Shown piece by piece: positions 18,356 to 29,168 of a stretch of DNA of 64,000 bases (its first letter is position 1; each line of letters starts with the position of its first letter). A program made the position numbers and the translations under genes. The stretch comes from an uncultured Sangeribacter sp. (lineage in GTDB: Bacteria; Bacteroidota; Bacteroidia; Bacteroidales; Muribaculaceae). Location: assembly GCA_964525115.1 (NCBI GenBank), contig CAZGGB010000006.1, forward strand, positions 162 to 64,161, read 5' to 3'. The notes under the pieces were generated by a model. The model worked only from the letters and a program-made list of their open reading frames with translations, ran no database searches and was not told the origin of the DNA.

Positions 18356-20391
18356 GACTAAGAAATTTTCTCACGCTTTTCGCTTCGGTTGCAGTATGCT
18401 CAGGCATGTATGCCGAACACCTGAAGAGCCTTGATCCGAAAGGAATCGACCCTAACACTCCGGCATCTGCCGATTTTTACAGACATGTTAATAAAGGCTG
18501 GATGGATTCTCATCCTCTCACCCCTGAATACGCCCGCTATGGTGCATTCAATATCCTTAACGACTCCAGCAATAACCGCGTGCGCCGCATTGTGACGGGT
18601 CTCGCTGCCACAAATCCTCAACCCGGCACCAACGCTTATAAAGTAGCTACTCTCTATGAGCAAGGCATGGACTCAATTCGTAGAAATAAACTTGGCGCAG
18701 AACCTGTCAAGCCGATCTTATCAAAGATTGAGGGCACATCAAAAGATGGAATGACCGACCTTTTGCTCTGGATGCATAAGAACTACAGCAGTCCACTATT
18801 TAGCGGAGGACCGCAGGAAGACCTTGCTAATTCTCAGGTCTATGCAATGTATCTTGGCAGCAACAACCTTGGGCTTGGCGACCGCGACTATTATTTGCTA
18901 AATGATCAGCGTAACAAAGAGGTTCGCGATGCATATCAGAAGCTTATTGAGAAATATATGACACTCGCCGGATATTCCAAGAAAGATGCAAAAAGGATTG
19001 TGAAGAGTGTAATGAAGATCGAGACAGCACTTGCCGACTCAGCTCTTACACGTGAAGAAAGCCGTAATATCCCGGCTCTCTATAATCCTTTCAGCTACGA
19101 AGATGTAAAGGCTAAATGGAGCAATCTACCTCTTGATCGGTTCTTCATCGAGACAATGGATATCGAGGCTCCTGAAACGATCATCGTCACTGAACCACGT
19201 TCCCTCAATGCTGCCAATAAGCTTGCAGCTGAACTTACTGACCGCGAACTGAAAGACTATTATGCATGGGAAGTGGTGCAAAGCTATGCTCCATACCTCA
19301 GTGATGACTTTGCTGAAGCCGGCTTTGAATTCAGCAAGGTTATGAGCGGTGTTCAGCAGCAACGTCCACGCTGGAAGAAAGCTCTTGGAGCTACTGAAGG
19401 TTACCTCGGAGAAGCTATTGGAGAACTCTATGTCAACGAGTATTTCCCACAGAGCTCAAAAGACTATATGATCGGTCTTGTAGAAAATCTTCGCAATGCC
19501 CTTGGAAAACACATCATCCATCTCGAATGGATGAGCGACGACACTAAGGTGCAAGCCCTAAAGAAACTAAACAATTTTACAGTAAAAATCGGCTATCCCG
19601 ACAAGTGGAAGGATTATTCTGAACTCATCATTGATCCCGATCTCAGCTACGCGGAAAATATCCACAATGCAAACATGTGGGCTCAGAAGGAATATCTTAA
19701 AAAGTGGGGTAAACCGGTAGACCGCACTGAATGGGGCATGACTCCTCAAACTATCAATGCCTACTATAATCCCCTTAACAATGAAATCGTATTCCCAGCA
19801 GGTATCCTTCAAGCACCCTTCTTTGATCCAGAGGCAAGTGATGCTGAAAACTATGGTGGCATTGGTGTCGTAATTGGACACGAAATGACTCACGGTTTCG
19901 ACGATCAAGGTTGCAATTTTGATGCTAATGGTAATATGATCAACTGGTGGCAACCTGAAGATGCAGCAGCTTTCAGCCAGCTCACTCAAGGCCTCGCAGA
20001 TCAATTTAATAAAGTTGAAATTCTTCCCGGTCTCTTTGCCAATGGTCAGTATACACTCGGAGAGAATATCGCCGACCAAGGTGGTCTTCGTATCGCTATG
20101 ACAGCTTTCCTTGATAGCCAGAAGAAGAAAGGAGTGGATGTAGAAAGCGAAGCAGCTCTCATCGAAGGTCTTACTCCAGAGCAAGTGTTCTATATGAACT
20201 ATGCAAATCTTTGGGCTCAGAACATACGTGAAGCCGAAATGCGCAATCTGACAAGCGGCGACGTACACTCACTTGGCGAAAACCGAGTTAACGTCACTCT
20301 CAAGAACATTGAACCCTTCTTCAAGGCATTCAACATCAAAGAAGGCGACAAGATGTTCCGTCCTGTCTCTGAGCGTGTTATCATCTGGTAA
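18352..20391 (+). CDS. M13 family metalloendopeptidase (PepO-like), secreted
   Basis: Signal peptide, NAYY, GHEMTHGFD, GENIAD, C-terminal IIW. Confidence 0.95.
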   Translation: MRLRNFLTLFASVAVCSGMYAEHLKSLDPKGIDPNTPASADFYRHVNKGWMDSHPLTPEYARYGAFNILNDSSNNRVRRIVTGLAATNPQPGTNAYKVATLYEQGMDSIRRNKLGAEPVKPILSKIEGTSKDGMTDLLLWMHKNYSSPLFSGGPQEDLANSQVYAMYLGSNNLGLGDRDYYLLNDQRNKEVRDAYQKLIEKYMTLAGYSKKDAKRIVKSVMKIETALADSALTREESRNIPALYNPFSYEDVKAKWSNLPLDRFFIETMDIEAPETIIVTEPRSLNAANKLAAELTDRELKDYYAWEVVQSYAPYLSDDFAEAGFEFSKVMSGVQQQRPRWKKALGATEGYLGEAIGELYVNEYFPQSSKDYMIGLVENLRNALGKHIIHLEWMSDDTKVQALKKLNNFTVKIGYPDKWKDYSELIIDPDLSYAENIHNANMWAQKEYLKKWGKPVDRTEWGMTPQTINAYYNPLNNEIVFPAGILQAPFFDPEASDAENYGGIGVVIGHEMTHGFDDQGCNFDANGNMINWWQPEDAAAFSQLTQGLADQFNKVEILPGLFANGQYTLGENIADQGGLRIAMTAFLDSQKKKGVDVESEAALIEGLTPEQVFYMNYANLWAQNIREAEMRNLTSGDVHSLGENRVNVTLKNIEPFFKAFNIKEGDKMFRPVSERVIIW

Positions 20392-20412
20392 GACTAATTT
20401 ATGTTAATATTG

Positions 20413-20447
20413 AAACGGGACACGATTGACTGTCCCGTTTTTTTTTG
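20413..20447 (+). terminator. Intrinsic terminator
   Basis: AAACGGGACA...TGTCCCGTTT plus T run. Confidence 0.85.
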
Positions 20448-20535
20448 CATTTCATATTGCGATAATCGAAAATATTGATTAATTTTGCAGTGTAAAAACG
20501 AGACGCTCCAAATGGGGCAAAAAATATATAGCTAT

Positions 20536-21483
20536 ATGAGCAATACTCTTCCGCCTATCAAAGTCTTTGCTGGCACCAAGAGCCACTATCTTGGCGAAGG
20601 AATCTGCAAGGATCTGGGCATAGAACTCGGCAAAATGAATATTGAGCATTTTGCTGATGGAGAATTTGAAGTTTGCTTCGACGAGTCAATCCGCGGCGCC
20701 GAAGTATATCTTGTACAGTCTACTTTCCCGAACTCCGACAATCTGATGGAGCTTCTCCTGATGATCGACGCTGCAAAGCGTGCTTCAGCAGCAAGCATCA
20801 ACGCTGTGATTCCTTACTTTGGATGGGCTCGTCAAGACCGCAAAGACAAACCGAGAGTTTCAATAGCAGCAAAGCTCGTCGCCGATCTTCTTAGCGTAGC
20901 CGGTATCGATCGTCTGCTGACCATGGACCTACATGCCGATCAAATTCAAGGTTTCTTTAATGTTCCTGTCGATCATCTCTATGCTTCATCGGTTTTCATT
21001 CCATATATTGAAAGCCTTCACCTTGAGAATATGGTGATCGCGTCTCCCGACGTAGGCGGTGCAAAGCGAGCAAACTCCTATGCGAAGTATTTCGATGTGC
21101 CTCTCGTTCTCTGCCACAAGCAGCGTGCCAAAGCCAACGTGGTAGCTAAAATGCAAGTAATTGGCGACGTGAAAGGAAAGAATGTAGTCCTTGTCGACGA
21201 CATAGCTGACACAGCCGGTACTATCACAAAAGCTGCTGATCTTATGCTTGCTGAAGGAGCGAACTCTGTGCGCGCCCTTATCACCCACCCTGTGATGAGT
21301 GATCCGGCTACCGATCGCATTCTTGCAAGTGGACTGACTGAAATAATCTTCACAGACTCAATTCCATATGGCAAGGAAAACCCGAAAGCCACCATCCTTA
21401 CGGTAACGAAGCTTTTTGCTGATACAATCCGCCGTATCCACAACAATCAGTCCATCTCAAGCCAATACCTCTTCAAACCATAA
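20536..21483 (+). CDS. prs: Ribose-phosphate pyrophosphokinase
   Basis: FADGE, PYFGWARQDRK, DLHA, SPDVGG, VDDIADTAGT; TAATTTTG at 20480-20487 places the start downstream. Confidence 0.96.
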   Translation: MSNTLPPIKVFAGTKSHYLGEGICKDLGIELGKMNIEHFADGEFEVCFDESIRGAEVYLVQSTFPNSDNLMELLLMIDAAKRASAASINAVIPYFGWARQDRKDKPRVSIAAKLVADLLSVAGIDRLLTMDLHADQIQGFFNVPVDHLYASSVFIPYIESLHLENMVIASPDVGGAKRANSYAKYFDVPLVLCHKQRAKANVVAKMQVIGDVKGKNVVLVDDIADTAGTITKAADLMLAEGANSVRALITHPVMSDPATDRILASGLTEIIFTDSIPYGKENPKATILTVTKLFADTIRRIHNNQSISSQYLFKP

Positions 21484-21503
21484 TTTTGAATATATAATAT
21501 TTT

Positions 21504-21533
21504 AACCCGACCGCCAATAAGCAGTCGGGTTTT
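21504..21533 (+). terminator. Intrinsic terminator after prs
   Basis: AACCCGAC...GTCGGGTTTT. Confidence 0.75.
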
Positions 21534-21623
21534 CATTTATATTTCAATTAGTAATTTAAGGTTTGTATGCTCACATATTTCAACTTTAGAATACGAATGT
21601 GAAATCTCATATTTGAGTTGACG

Positions 21624-23309
21624 TCACTTTATCCGGAGCACTACTGCATCCTTTCCATTCAGCCTGACCCTTGAAGACTTGTCGGGAGTAAGATTGAGAA
21701 AAACATTGCGTCCACAAAGGAGATCCTCAGCAACAACGTTTCCCTCCATAATTCCTGCCATGTCAAATGCAAGTCGCGGAATCACTACATCAATGTCTGC
21801 CGGACTATAATCAAAGTTAACAGCTATCAGCAAAACAGAATCTTGAGTGTAGCGTAAAAAGGCAAACTGAGTGTGTGGATTGAAACCCTCATGCTGTAGA
21901 TTGACATACATAAGGTCGAAGAAATTTCCTTCTCTAAGTGCAGTTTCAGTATTACACATTGTAAGAACCTTCTGATACATTCCTCTCAACCACTTCTCTT
22001 GCGAAGTCAATTTCTTTAAAGATGGGTTTCCACCATTCCACCATCTACGGAGCGTATCATAGCTCCAATAGTCGAAAATAGTGCTTCTGTCATTATCTCC
22101 GGCAAACCCCTCGTTGTCAGTTGCGGATTCTCCAAGTTCCTGACCATAGTAGATCATAAATGGACCTCGTGATATCATAGAACTCACCACAAGCGATGGC
22201 AAAACATTCGCGGGATTGCCAGCATATGCCTTGGAGCCAAAACGAACTTCATCATGATTTTCAAGGAAATTGAGCATCGAATCTCCTATGCCGTCTACAG
22301 TCTGCCAAGATCCTGTCAGTCGCGCCGCAGAATGGTTGTGTATTTCTATATCTACGAGAGTGTCGTAAAGGTTAACCTTATCATACAAATAGTCAAAACA
22401 TCCATAGTCAAGGAATGGACGATATTGAGCTACGTCATAAATCTCCCCAATAAACATTATTTGCGGATAGTCTTTCTTGACCTGAGGTATTGCCCAATGC
22501 CAGAAAGGAAGAGGAACCATGAAGCACATATCACACCTGAAACCATCAATTCCCTTAGAAGCCCAGAACCTAAGGATAGCAAGCATCTTAATCCATGTAT
22601 CAGGTATTGGATAGAAATGATCGCTCCAATCACCATAATCATGACCATAGTTCAATTTAACAGTCTCATACCAGTCACACTTTCCGCAGAATGCGTTGAA
22701 GCAATCGTTTCCGGTAGCTTTAGCGGGAAATTCTATGTATGGAGTTGACCCTTCCGCATCTATTGGGAAATCGGGACAAAACTGTTGGAATGGAATATAA
22801 TAATAGTTATTACGCTCTGAAAATCCCATAGTGATATCATCATCAGCGCCAAAATCTTTTACCCCTGAAGGAGCAGAATCGCTATGATAGACGCGAGCGG
22901 TATGATTCGGGACAAAGTCGATCAAGACTTTCATCCCCTCCTTATGAATTCTCTTTACGCAATTTTCAAATTCCTTCATACGGCTTTTGACATCGACTGC
23001 CAAGGCAGGATCAATGTCATAATAGTCCTTTATAGCATATGGACTCCCGGCTTCTCCTTTGACTACATTGGGATTGTCGGGCGTAATGCCAAATTCTGAA
23101 AAATCAGTCTTTGTGGCATGCTCAATCACTCCCGTCAGCCAAATGCAGTTTACTCCTAATTCCTTAATCGACCTAAGAGCCTTGGGAGTAAGGTCGTTTA
23201 ATTTCCCTGAGCCATTCTCTTGAAGAGTGCCCCAGGGTTTTGGCTGCTCGTTTGTATTGCTAAAGATGCGTGGAAACATCTGATATATTATCAATCTCTC
23301 TTTATCCAT
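21624..23309 (-). CDS. GH13 alpha-amylase family glycosidase (cytoplasmic, GH13_38-like)
   Basis: GSPYAIKDYY, DFVPNH, DGFRCD, GEIY, ENHDE; no signal peptide. Confidence 0.9.
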   Translation of the reverse strand: MDKERLIIYQMFPRIFSNTNEQPKPWGTLQENGSGKLNDLTPKALRSIKELGVNCIWLTGVIEHATKTDFSEFGITPDNPNVVKGEAGSPYAIKDYYDIDPALAVDVKSRMKEFENCVKRIHKEGMKVLIDFVPNHTARVYHSDSAPSGVKDFGADDDITMGFSERNNYYYIPFQQFCPDFPIDAEGSTPYIEFPAKATGNDCFNAFCGKCDWYETVKLNYGHDYGDWSDHFYPIPDTWIKMLAILRFWASKGIDGFRCDMCFMVPLPFWHWAIPQVKKDYPQIMFIGEIYDVAQYRPFLDYGCFDYLYDKVNLYDTLVDIEIHNHSAARLTGSWQTVDGIGDSMLNFLENHDEVRFGSKAYAGNPANVLPSLVVSSMISRGPFMIYYGQELGESATDNEGFAGDNDRSTIFDYWSYDTLRRWWNGGNPSLKKLTSQEKWLRGMYQKVLTMCNTETALREGNFFDLMYVNLQHEGFNPHTQFAFLRYTQDSVLLIAVNFDYSPADIDVVIPRLAFDMAGIMEGNVVAEDLLCGRNVFLNLTPDKSSRVRLNGKDAVVLRIK

Positions 23310-23327
23310 TTATTCTAATCTTAATAT

Positions 23328-23533
23328 TGAAGTTGTTTAAACTTATTTACGAATTGAGAAATATACTTTGAAGAGTTAAACCAAAGATTCTTTTTATTAA
23401 TCTTCCGCCATCTTTTTGGCATCTTTTTCATCTTTCATCAGTCACGATGCCCGCATCGCTCCTTCTTCAAGATGAAGAATCTGCTCAAAAACCTGACGAA
23501 ATCTTAATAAAAAAATAAGTTAAAACAACTTCA
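23328..23533. repeat. 21-bp inverted repeat pair (20/21) flanking 164 bp upstream of GH13
   Basis: TGAAGTTGTTTAAACTTATTT (23328-23348) / AAATAAGTTAAAACAACTTCA (23513-23533). Confidence 0.85.
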
Positions 23534-23558
23534 CTTTCAACCTATTTATTTTAAATCC

Positions 23559-23583
23559 TCAACTTTCGCAATCGAAAGTTGAG
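23559..23583 (-). terminator. Hairpin directly after the patatin stop
   Basis: CTCAACTTTCG-caat-CGAAAGTTGAG; weak U tail. Confidence 0.55.
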
Positions 23584-24393
23584 TTATTTAAGCTTATGTT
23601 CCAAAATCCTACAAGCCGTCTCATAGCCAAGGTCGACGATATGTCGCAACTTCGCCACATCAAAAGTCCCAATAGCATGAGCACCCCTCAAATTAATTAG
23701 GATATCACACATCTTGGCATCATTCACCATATTTGATTTTGACATCAGTTGATAACTTCTTAAAGCGATTTCAAGTAAGTTATGTTTTGAGGGGTCTTTC
23801 CATATATTATGGAAAGGTGAGCAATTTATGCCATAGAGTGTTTTACAATATTTTCGTATTGCCCATGCCGGAAGATTTCGTAGCACCCCGCCATCAACGT
23901 ATACCCCGCCATTTATCTTCACAGGCTCAAAAACTATAGGAATAGAGCAAGAAGCTAAAACGCGAGGCACTATTTCTCCTTTAGCCCAGCCGATTGATTT
24001 GCAGTGCTGGAAGTCTGTGGCACAAACAATAGTTGGAATCTTAAGATCCTCAAGATACTTCACCGGCAACCAGGATTCAATAAGCTTACCAAACTTATCT
24101 ATCTTCATCAGTGAATTGCCGGGAACTTTCCATGTGACAAATTCCCTGACTTTAGTAAGATCTTCAAAACATTTTTGCATATCATCTGGAGTCAATCCTG
24201 CTCCATACATGACAGCCGCCACACTCCCTGCTGAGACACCAGACAAGACATTTGGGCGAATACCAAACTCTTCCAAAGCTTTCAGCACTCCTATATGAGA
24301 AAAACCACGAGCTCCTCCTCCACTGAAAGCAAACCCAACGGAATTGTTTGTAATTCCTATTTTCTCAAGTATCTCTCCTATACTCCAAATCAT
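23584..24393 (-). CDS. Patatin-like phospholipase
   Basis: SGGGARG, GVSAG, DGG. Confidence 0.93.
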   Translation of the reverse strand: MIWSIGEILEKIGITNNSVGFAFSGGGARGFSHIGVLKALEEFGIRPNVLSGVSAGSVAAVMYGAGLTPDDMQKCFEDLTKVREFVTWKVPGNSLMKIDKFGKLIESWLPVKYLEDLKIPTIVCATDFQHCKSIGWAKGEIVPRVLASCSIPIVFEPVKINGGVYVDGGVLRNLPAWAIRKYCKTLYGINCSPFHNIWKDPSKHNLLEIALRSYQLMSKSNMVNDAKMCDILINLRGAHAIGTFDVAKLRHIVDLGYETACRILEHKLK

Positions 24394-24415
24394 ATTTATC
24401 TCTTATTTTTCAAAA

Positions 24416-27400
24416 TTACTCTATTGAATCTCTCTTTATTTCCTCCAAATTATCCTCTTTCTTTCGCCCGAATAAACGGTCGAAATCCCTCTGGAATACT
24501 ACGCCGACTCCCTGAGTGGTGAGAGCAGAACGTAAATAGTAGTTCTGATCATTAAAATGATTGTAGGCTTTAAGACGAATATTTCCGTTTTTATTGAGAA
24601 GATATTCTATATCGAAATCGCCGACAAATTGAGTGTTGCTACTACTTTTGTCTCGATAGCCAAAATTACCATTGATGAGAAGTCTGTTGTTGAGCAATCT
24701 GGAAGAAAGGGCAAGATCAAATTCCATATCTGAGAATTTTCCATTGTCACTTCGGAACGACGGAGCCACATCAAGTTTATCAGTCATTTGGCTTAAAATA
24801 TTACTAAGTTGAGAAGATATGGTAGATGATGCCATACTCGACCATTCTGCACCGTTACTGCTCTCCCCTCCGGTATATTCGGGAGTATAGAACCGATTCA
24901 ATGCTAAAAGATATATTATTTGACGGCTCATCATATCATTGGTCGACACGATGCTTTTCACTTTTCTTTCTACATCCGAAGTCAGCGAGGGCAGCTCTAT
25001 ATCGAAAGTTATGTCAGGATTAGTCATCGGTCCATCTACAAGCAAGACGGCATCAACAGGAACATTAGTCCTGTTCAGTTCCTTGTCTGTAGCAAAACTC
25101 TTGTCAAGGTCGGTAAGATTTGTGTTGACTCTATAAGTAGCTGTAATATCAAGGATAGCTTTCATAGGGTCTCCATCAAATTTTATAAGGCTTCCTCTCT
25201 TGATATTGAAGTTCTTAATGATGATATCCTGCAGAGTAAAGTTGTAATTCCCTTCATCGAGAACATATGTTCCTATCATCCTTAGATCATTGCTTGCAAG
25301 GTTATAGTCCATTTGCAATGCTCCTTGTCCGATAGCAGTAATATTATCGCCTGCCTTTGGATCCATGACAATAGTGACAAGAGCATCATTGGTAACCGTA
25401 CCTTTGAGCGAAAGCACTACATTGCTTGAACCTTCTTCCATTTCATCCTTCTTTTTCTGAAACTTCAAAAGATAGTCAGGAATAGTATCAATCGAAGCCG
25501 CTTTCATACTTTCCTTCCTCTTGTCGGTGAATGAGAGAAATGAATACTGATCCACGTCTTCAGCATCACTAATGATATAATAGAACTTTGAACCCTCTTC
25601 TGTAGTCATATTCATATCAATATCAATTTGACCAGGATAGCCATTGATTTGTGCATGCCCAGACCCGTAGATAGTCCCATACCAAAGAGGATTGAGCTTT
25701 TCATTGATGTCATAGCATAATAGTGACTTAGCATCTCGCAGTCTGAAATTGAATACCGGATTATGAAAATATGCGTGTCGAAGCCAGCCACTGAATTCTG
25801 CAGTGTGTCCTTCATCATCATAAAGAGTTAGAGGGGGGATATCTATTATTCCTTTATGAAGATGTACTGAATCATTTCCAGCATGATACCATGTATTAGT
25901 GAAGTCAAGTTTCATGGATAAGGTGTCGGCTTTCAAGTCACCTATCATATCGATGTCGGAGAATGTACCATAGAGTTTACACTTTCCTGAAGCCATTCCA
26001 TTGAGATCTGAACAGAACGCCGACACGAATGGTTTCATTATTCCCACGTTGACTTTATTAGCATCAAAACTAAAACTCAAGGAGTCGCGGGTGACCCAGA
26101 CGCCACCATCTACACTCGCCCGGCGCTCTCTTGTCAACGGGTCTCGTATTACTCCATAAATTCCGACTTTTTGTTCAGATGTATCATATTCTGAGGCAAG
26201 ATCTCCATCTCCCAAGACTGCTCCATTATAGCTTAAACCTTTCACATGCAAAAATTCCGTTCTTGCCTCAGGTTTATTGGTCAGAAGACGACTTCCTATC
26301 ACCTCACCGGTAGCCATACCTCCAAATGACACATAGTTGATGTTCAGAATATTGAAAATATATTCGAGATCAATATCATTAAGCTTGACACTCACAAAAT
26401 CACTGTCTCTTTCTGATGCTATCCCTTCTATCTTGACATATTGATCTTCATGACTTATAATAAAGTTATCTACGTCAACGCGTTTACCGGAATAATCAAT
26501 TGTCCCATTGGCTATAGACCAGGTCTTGTCGCTGATAGAGATTGAAGATGGAAGTATTCCAATCCTAACGGCAAGCGCACCCTCTGACTTATAAGGGTCG
26601 GGTAGTCTGGAAAATGAAGCATCCATAGCTAATCCTCCTTTTAACACACTTTCCATAGTAGGATTAAAGCCAATGTTAATGTTTAATTTGTCGTGGACTG
26701 CATATATGTCGGCTGCTAATTCCACGTCACCTTTCTTTGCCGGAAAAATTAATCCTGTTTTTACTTTCGCCATTCCTAAAAATGAGTCAATATCAAGCGA
26801 GAAGTCTAAATCCCTGATAAGTTTATTTTTCCCTTGCTGAAGATGAGGCGTATTTGTAGTGAGAAACATTTTACCTTGCTTCATATCAACCGCTCCCCTA
26901 ATTGGAATATCTGTCAGTGGACGCACAGGAGTATCAAAAAAGATGTATGGAGTCGATATACCCTTGACATTAACATCAAATGTGAAGTCATTATTTGCCT
27001 GACACACTTCATTGATCGTTGGATTAGAGGCAAATGTAGGAAATATCTGGCCAATCATTCTTTTAAATTCCTTTCCCAAAGTGCTTGGATATATGTCTCC
27101 TTCAATCTTGGCATCCAACCAATCGGATGATAAGATAATGTTTCTCCGTAATGAACTGCATTTATCTGCTGATTCTAACTGTAGGGAATCAATATCAACC
27201 TTAAGATTTTTAAGGTTCAGTTTGCTACCGTTTGGCCTGACTATCGAAACGTCGGACAATTCAAGCACACCTATTACATTATCAATAGAATTTCCGAATG
27301 TTGTAGCACTTATATTTGCCGCAAGTTCACATTCACTCATTTTTCCTCTTATTCCATAATCTGATGGATTGAACCCGGATAGACTCATATCCGCTTTAAT

Positions 27401-28966
27401 TTCCGTATTTTTCCCTGCAAGATGTGCAATTGCGTCAAGATCAATATCTAACTTATCAGAATTTACGACAAGATTCATGTCTATGTCATCGCTGGATTTC
27501 TTAAAGTCTAATGCCACTTCTGAAAATAGATTTCCCATCACATGGCACTCCTCTGACTTAAGAAAAAGATATCCATCTGCATTTCGATCTAATCCTGAAA
27601 TCTCAGCTTCAACATCAAACGAACTTTTACCTATTTTATCGTTGGCAAGAATCTTGTCAAATTCAATATCTGTTGCTTTCCCCTGTAATGATAAAGTTGG
27701 CTTCTTAGAATGCAAATTCTTTCCTGATGCAATGAACTCAATATTTCCGATATCGGTTGTAACATTTCCTTTTGCATCGGCTACATTCCCATTTATCAGA
27801 TTGCCTTCAATATCAATTTTGATACGTTCAGTCGTTTCGATAATTTTCTTGACCTTATCGCTTGTATCGGTAAAGTTTGACAACGCAGTGGATATTAATC
27901 GAGAAGAAAGATTAGCATTTAATTTACTCATTTCCAAATTAATGCTATCTATTTTGCTTAGGTTGCCTATATTACCGATAAATTTAAACGAAGAGTCAGA
28001 CTCCTTATTGTTGAGAAAGAAATCAGTCACCTCTATACCATTGTTTTGATATAATGCATCTATATTCAAATCCCAATAAGTATTATAAGCGCTCAATTGA
28101 GACAATAAGGAAGAAAAATCCGAAGGAGTAATGAAACCTACTAATTTTGCGCGGACATTGTCGAAATGTCCAAGATCGACATCAAGGTCACCTAAAGATA
28201 ATGAAGAATTAGGAAATTCCATTTTGAAATCTCTAATTAACACTCTATCATCACCCTCTTTCTCTTCATTTTTCTGATATTCCACTTCCGCGGATAGACC
28301 ACGCAAGTTAACACCCGGCGACACCTCAAATTGAAGATTTCTTATATCAAATCTATATTGGTCGTTTCTCAACACAGGGATACTCAAATCTATTCTTAAC
28401 CTCGAAACATCAAGATCTGCAAATGGCAATTTTTTTCCTAATGAATCAGTCATCCAAATGCGTGAAAAATTAGCTTTTGAATCTCGCACCACAATATTTC
28501 TTATCCTCAAGTCGAAGATAGCCGAGGGTTTGTCTTTATCTTTTGGTGAAAGTGCATCTATTAAAAATTGAATGTTGAGCGGACCTCCTTCTGTATTCTG
28601 AACTATATTTACGTCAAGAGCGATAATTTCCGCATAGTTTACTACAATCTTTCTTTCGATAATAAGTTCCCACAAATCTATACCTGCTGCTACTTTCCCA
28701 ATCTTTCCACAGTTTTTGCCATTGGGAGATTGAAGACTCACATTGTTTAAAATGACTTCACTGAAAGGAAGAATGGTCAAAGACTGTATTTCAAGCCGTC
28801 CACCCAAAAAGAGTGAAGCCTCTTTACATACTTTCTGTTTGACTCTATTTTGAACCGCGGGCACTGATAATATCACATACAATCCAACATATACAATCAC
28901 CAGAAGCACAATCACAGACATGATAATGCTCCGGAATACTTTATATGCGGATTTTAGTATACTCAT
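24416..28966 (-). CDS. TamB/AsmA-like translocation and assembly module protein
   Basis: N-terminal TM anchor, long beta-rich body, C-terminal LLNNRLLINGNFGY...GDFDIEY...QGVG. Confidence 0.88.
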   Translation of the reverse strand: MSILKSAYKVFRSIIMSVIVLLVIVYVGLYVILSVPAVQNRVKQKVCKEASLFLGGRLEIQSLTILPFSEVILNNVSLQSPNGKNCGKIGKVAAGIDLWELIIERKIVVNYAEIIALDVNIVQNTEGGPLNIQFLIDALSPKDKDKPSAIFDLRIRNIVVRDSKANFSRIWMTDSLGKKLPFADLDVSRLRIDLSIPVLRNDQYRFDIRNLQFEVSPGVNLRGLSAEVEYQKNEEKEGDDRVLIRDFKMEFPNSSLSLGDLDVDLGHFDNVRAKLVGFITPSDFSSLLSQLSAYNTYWDLNIDALYQNNGIEVTDFFLNNKESDSSFKFIGNIGNLSKIDSINLEMSKLNANLSSRLISTALSNFTDTSDKVKKIIETTERIKIDIEGNLINGNVADAKGNVTTDIGNIEFIASGKNLHSKKPTLSLQGKATDIEFDKILANDKIGKSSFDVEAEISGLDRNADGYLFLKSEECHVMGNLFSEVALDFKKSSDDIDMNLVVNSDKLDIDLDAIAHLAGKNTEIKADMSLSGFNPSDYGIRGKMSECELAANISATTFGNSIDNVIGVLELSDVSIVRPNGSKLNLKNLKVDIDSLQLESADKCSSLRRNIILSSDWLDAKIEGDIYPSTLGKEFKRMIGQIFPTFASNPTINEVCQANNDFTFDVNVKGISTPYIFFDTPVRPLTDIPIRGAVDMKQGKMFLTTNTPHLQQGKNKLIRDLDFSLDIDSFLGMAKVKTGLIFPAKKGDVELAADIYAVHDKLNINIGFNPTMESVLKGGLAMDASFSRLPDPYKSEGALAVRIGILPSSISISDKTWSIANGTIDYSGKRVDVDNFIISHEDQYVKIEGIASERDSDFVSVKLNDIDLEYIFNILNINYVSFGGMATGEVIGSRLLTNKPEARTEFLHVKGLSYNGAVLGDGDLASEYDTSEQKVGIYGVIRDPLTRERRASVDGGVWVTRDSLSFSFDANKVNVGIMKPFVSAFCSDLNGMASGKCKLYGTFSDIDMIGDLKADTLSMKLDFTNTWYHAGNDSVHLHKGIIDIPPLTLYDDEGHTAEFSGWLRHAYFHNPVFNFRLRDAKSLLCYDINEKLNPLWYGTIYGSGHAQINGYPGQIDIDMNMTTEEGSKFYYIISDAEDVDQYSFLSFTDKRKESMKAASIDTIPDYLLKFQKKKDEMEEGSSNVVLSLKGTVTNDALVTIVMDPKAGDNITAIGQGALQMDYNLASNDLRMIGTYVLDEGNYNFTLQDIIIKNFNIKRGSLIKFDGDPMKAILDITATYRVNTNLTDLDKSFATDKELNRTNVPVDAVLLVDGPMTNPDITFDIELPSLTSDVERKVKSIVSTNDMMSRQIIYLLALNRFYTPEYTGGESSNGAEWSSMASSTISSQLSNILSQMTDKLDVAPSFRSDNGKFSDMEFDLALSSRLLNNRLLINGNFGYRDKSSSNTQFVGDFDIEYLLNKNGNIRLKAYNHFNDQNYYLRSALTTQGVGVVFQRDFDRLFGRKKEDNLEEIKRDSIE

Positions 28967-29038
28967 TTACAGTTAGATATATTCTATTTTACGATTCATA
29001 GGCTACGCAATTATTATGATGCAACCTGCAATATCCTA

Positions 29039-29123
29039 CAAAATTAATAAAAAATCATGATTTAATGCCAATTAAAAACATAAAAAAGAGATTTGCATCT
29101 TTCAAAAAATAGTATTAACTTTG
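29039..29123. promoter_or_regulatory. Divergent -7 elements for tamB (minus, 29039-29046) and tsaD (plus, 29116-29123)
   Basis: TAATTTTG / TAACTTTG. Confidence 0.65.
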
Positions 29124-29168
29124 CATTAAACATACTCATATGTTGAGTGAGAAGAGAGAGAAAAAATA

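Noticed and set aside
14010-28049. Long antisense ORFs (14010-14753, 15323-16060, 19567-20268, 27369-28049 and similar)
   Set aside because: Shadow frames of hutU, ftsY, the M13 peptidase and tamB; no motifs or expression signals
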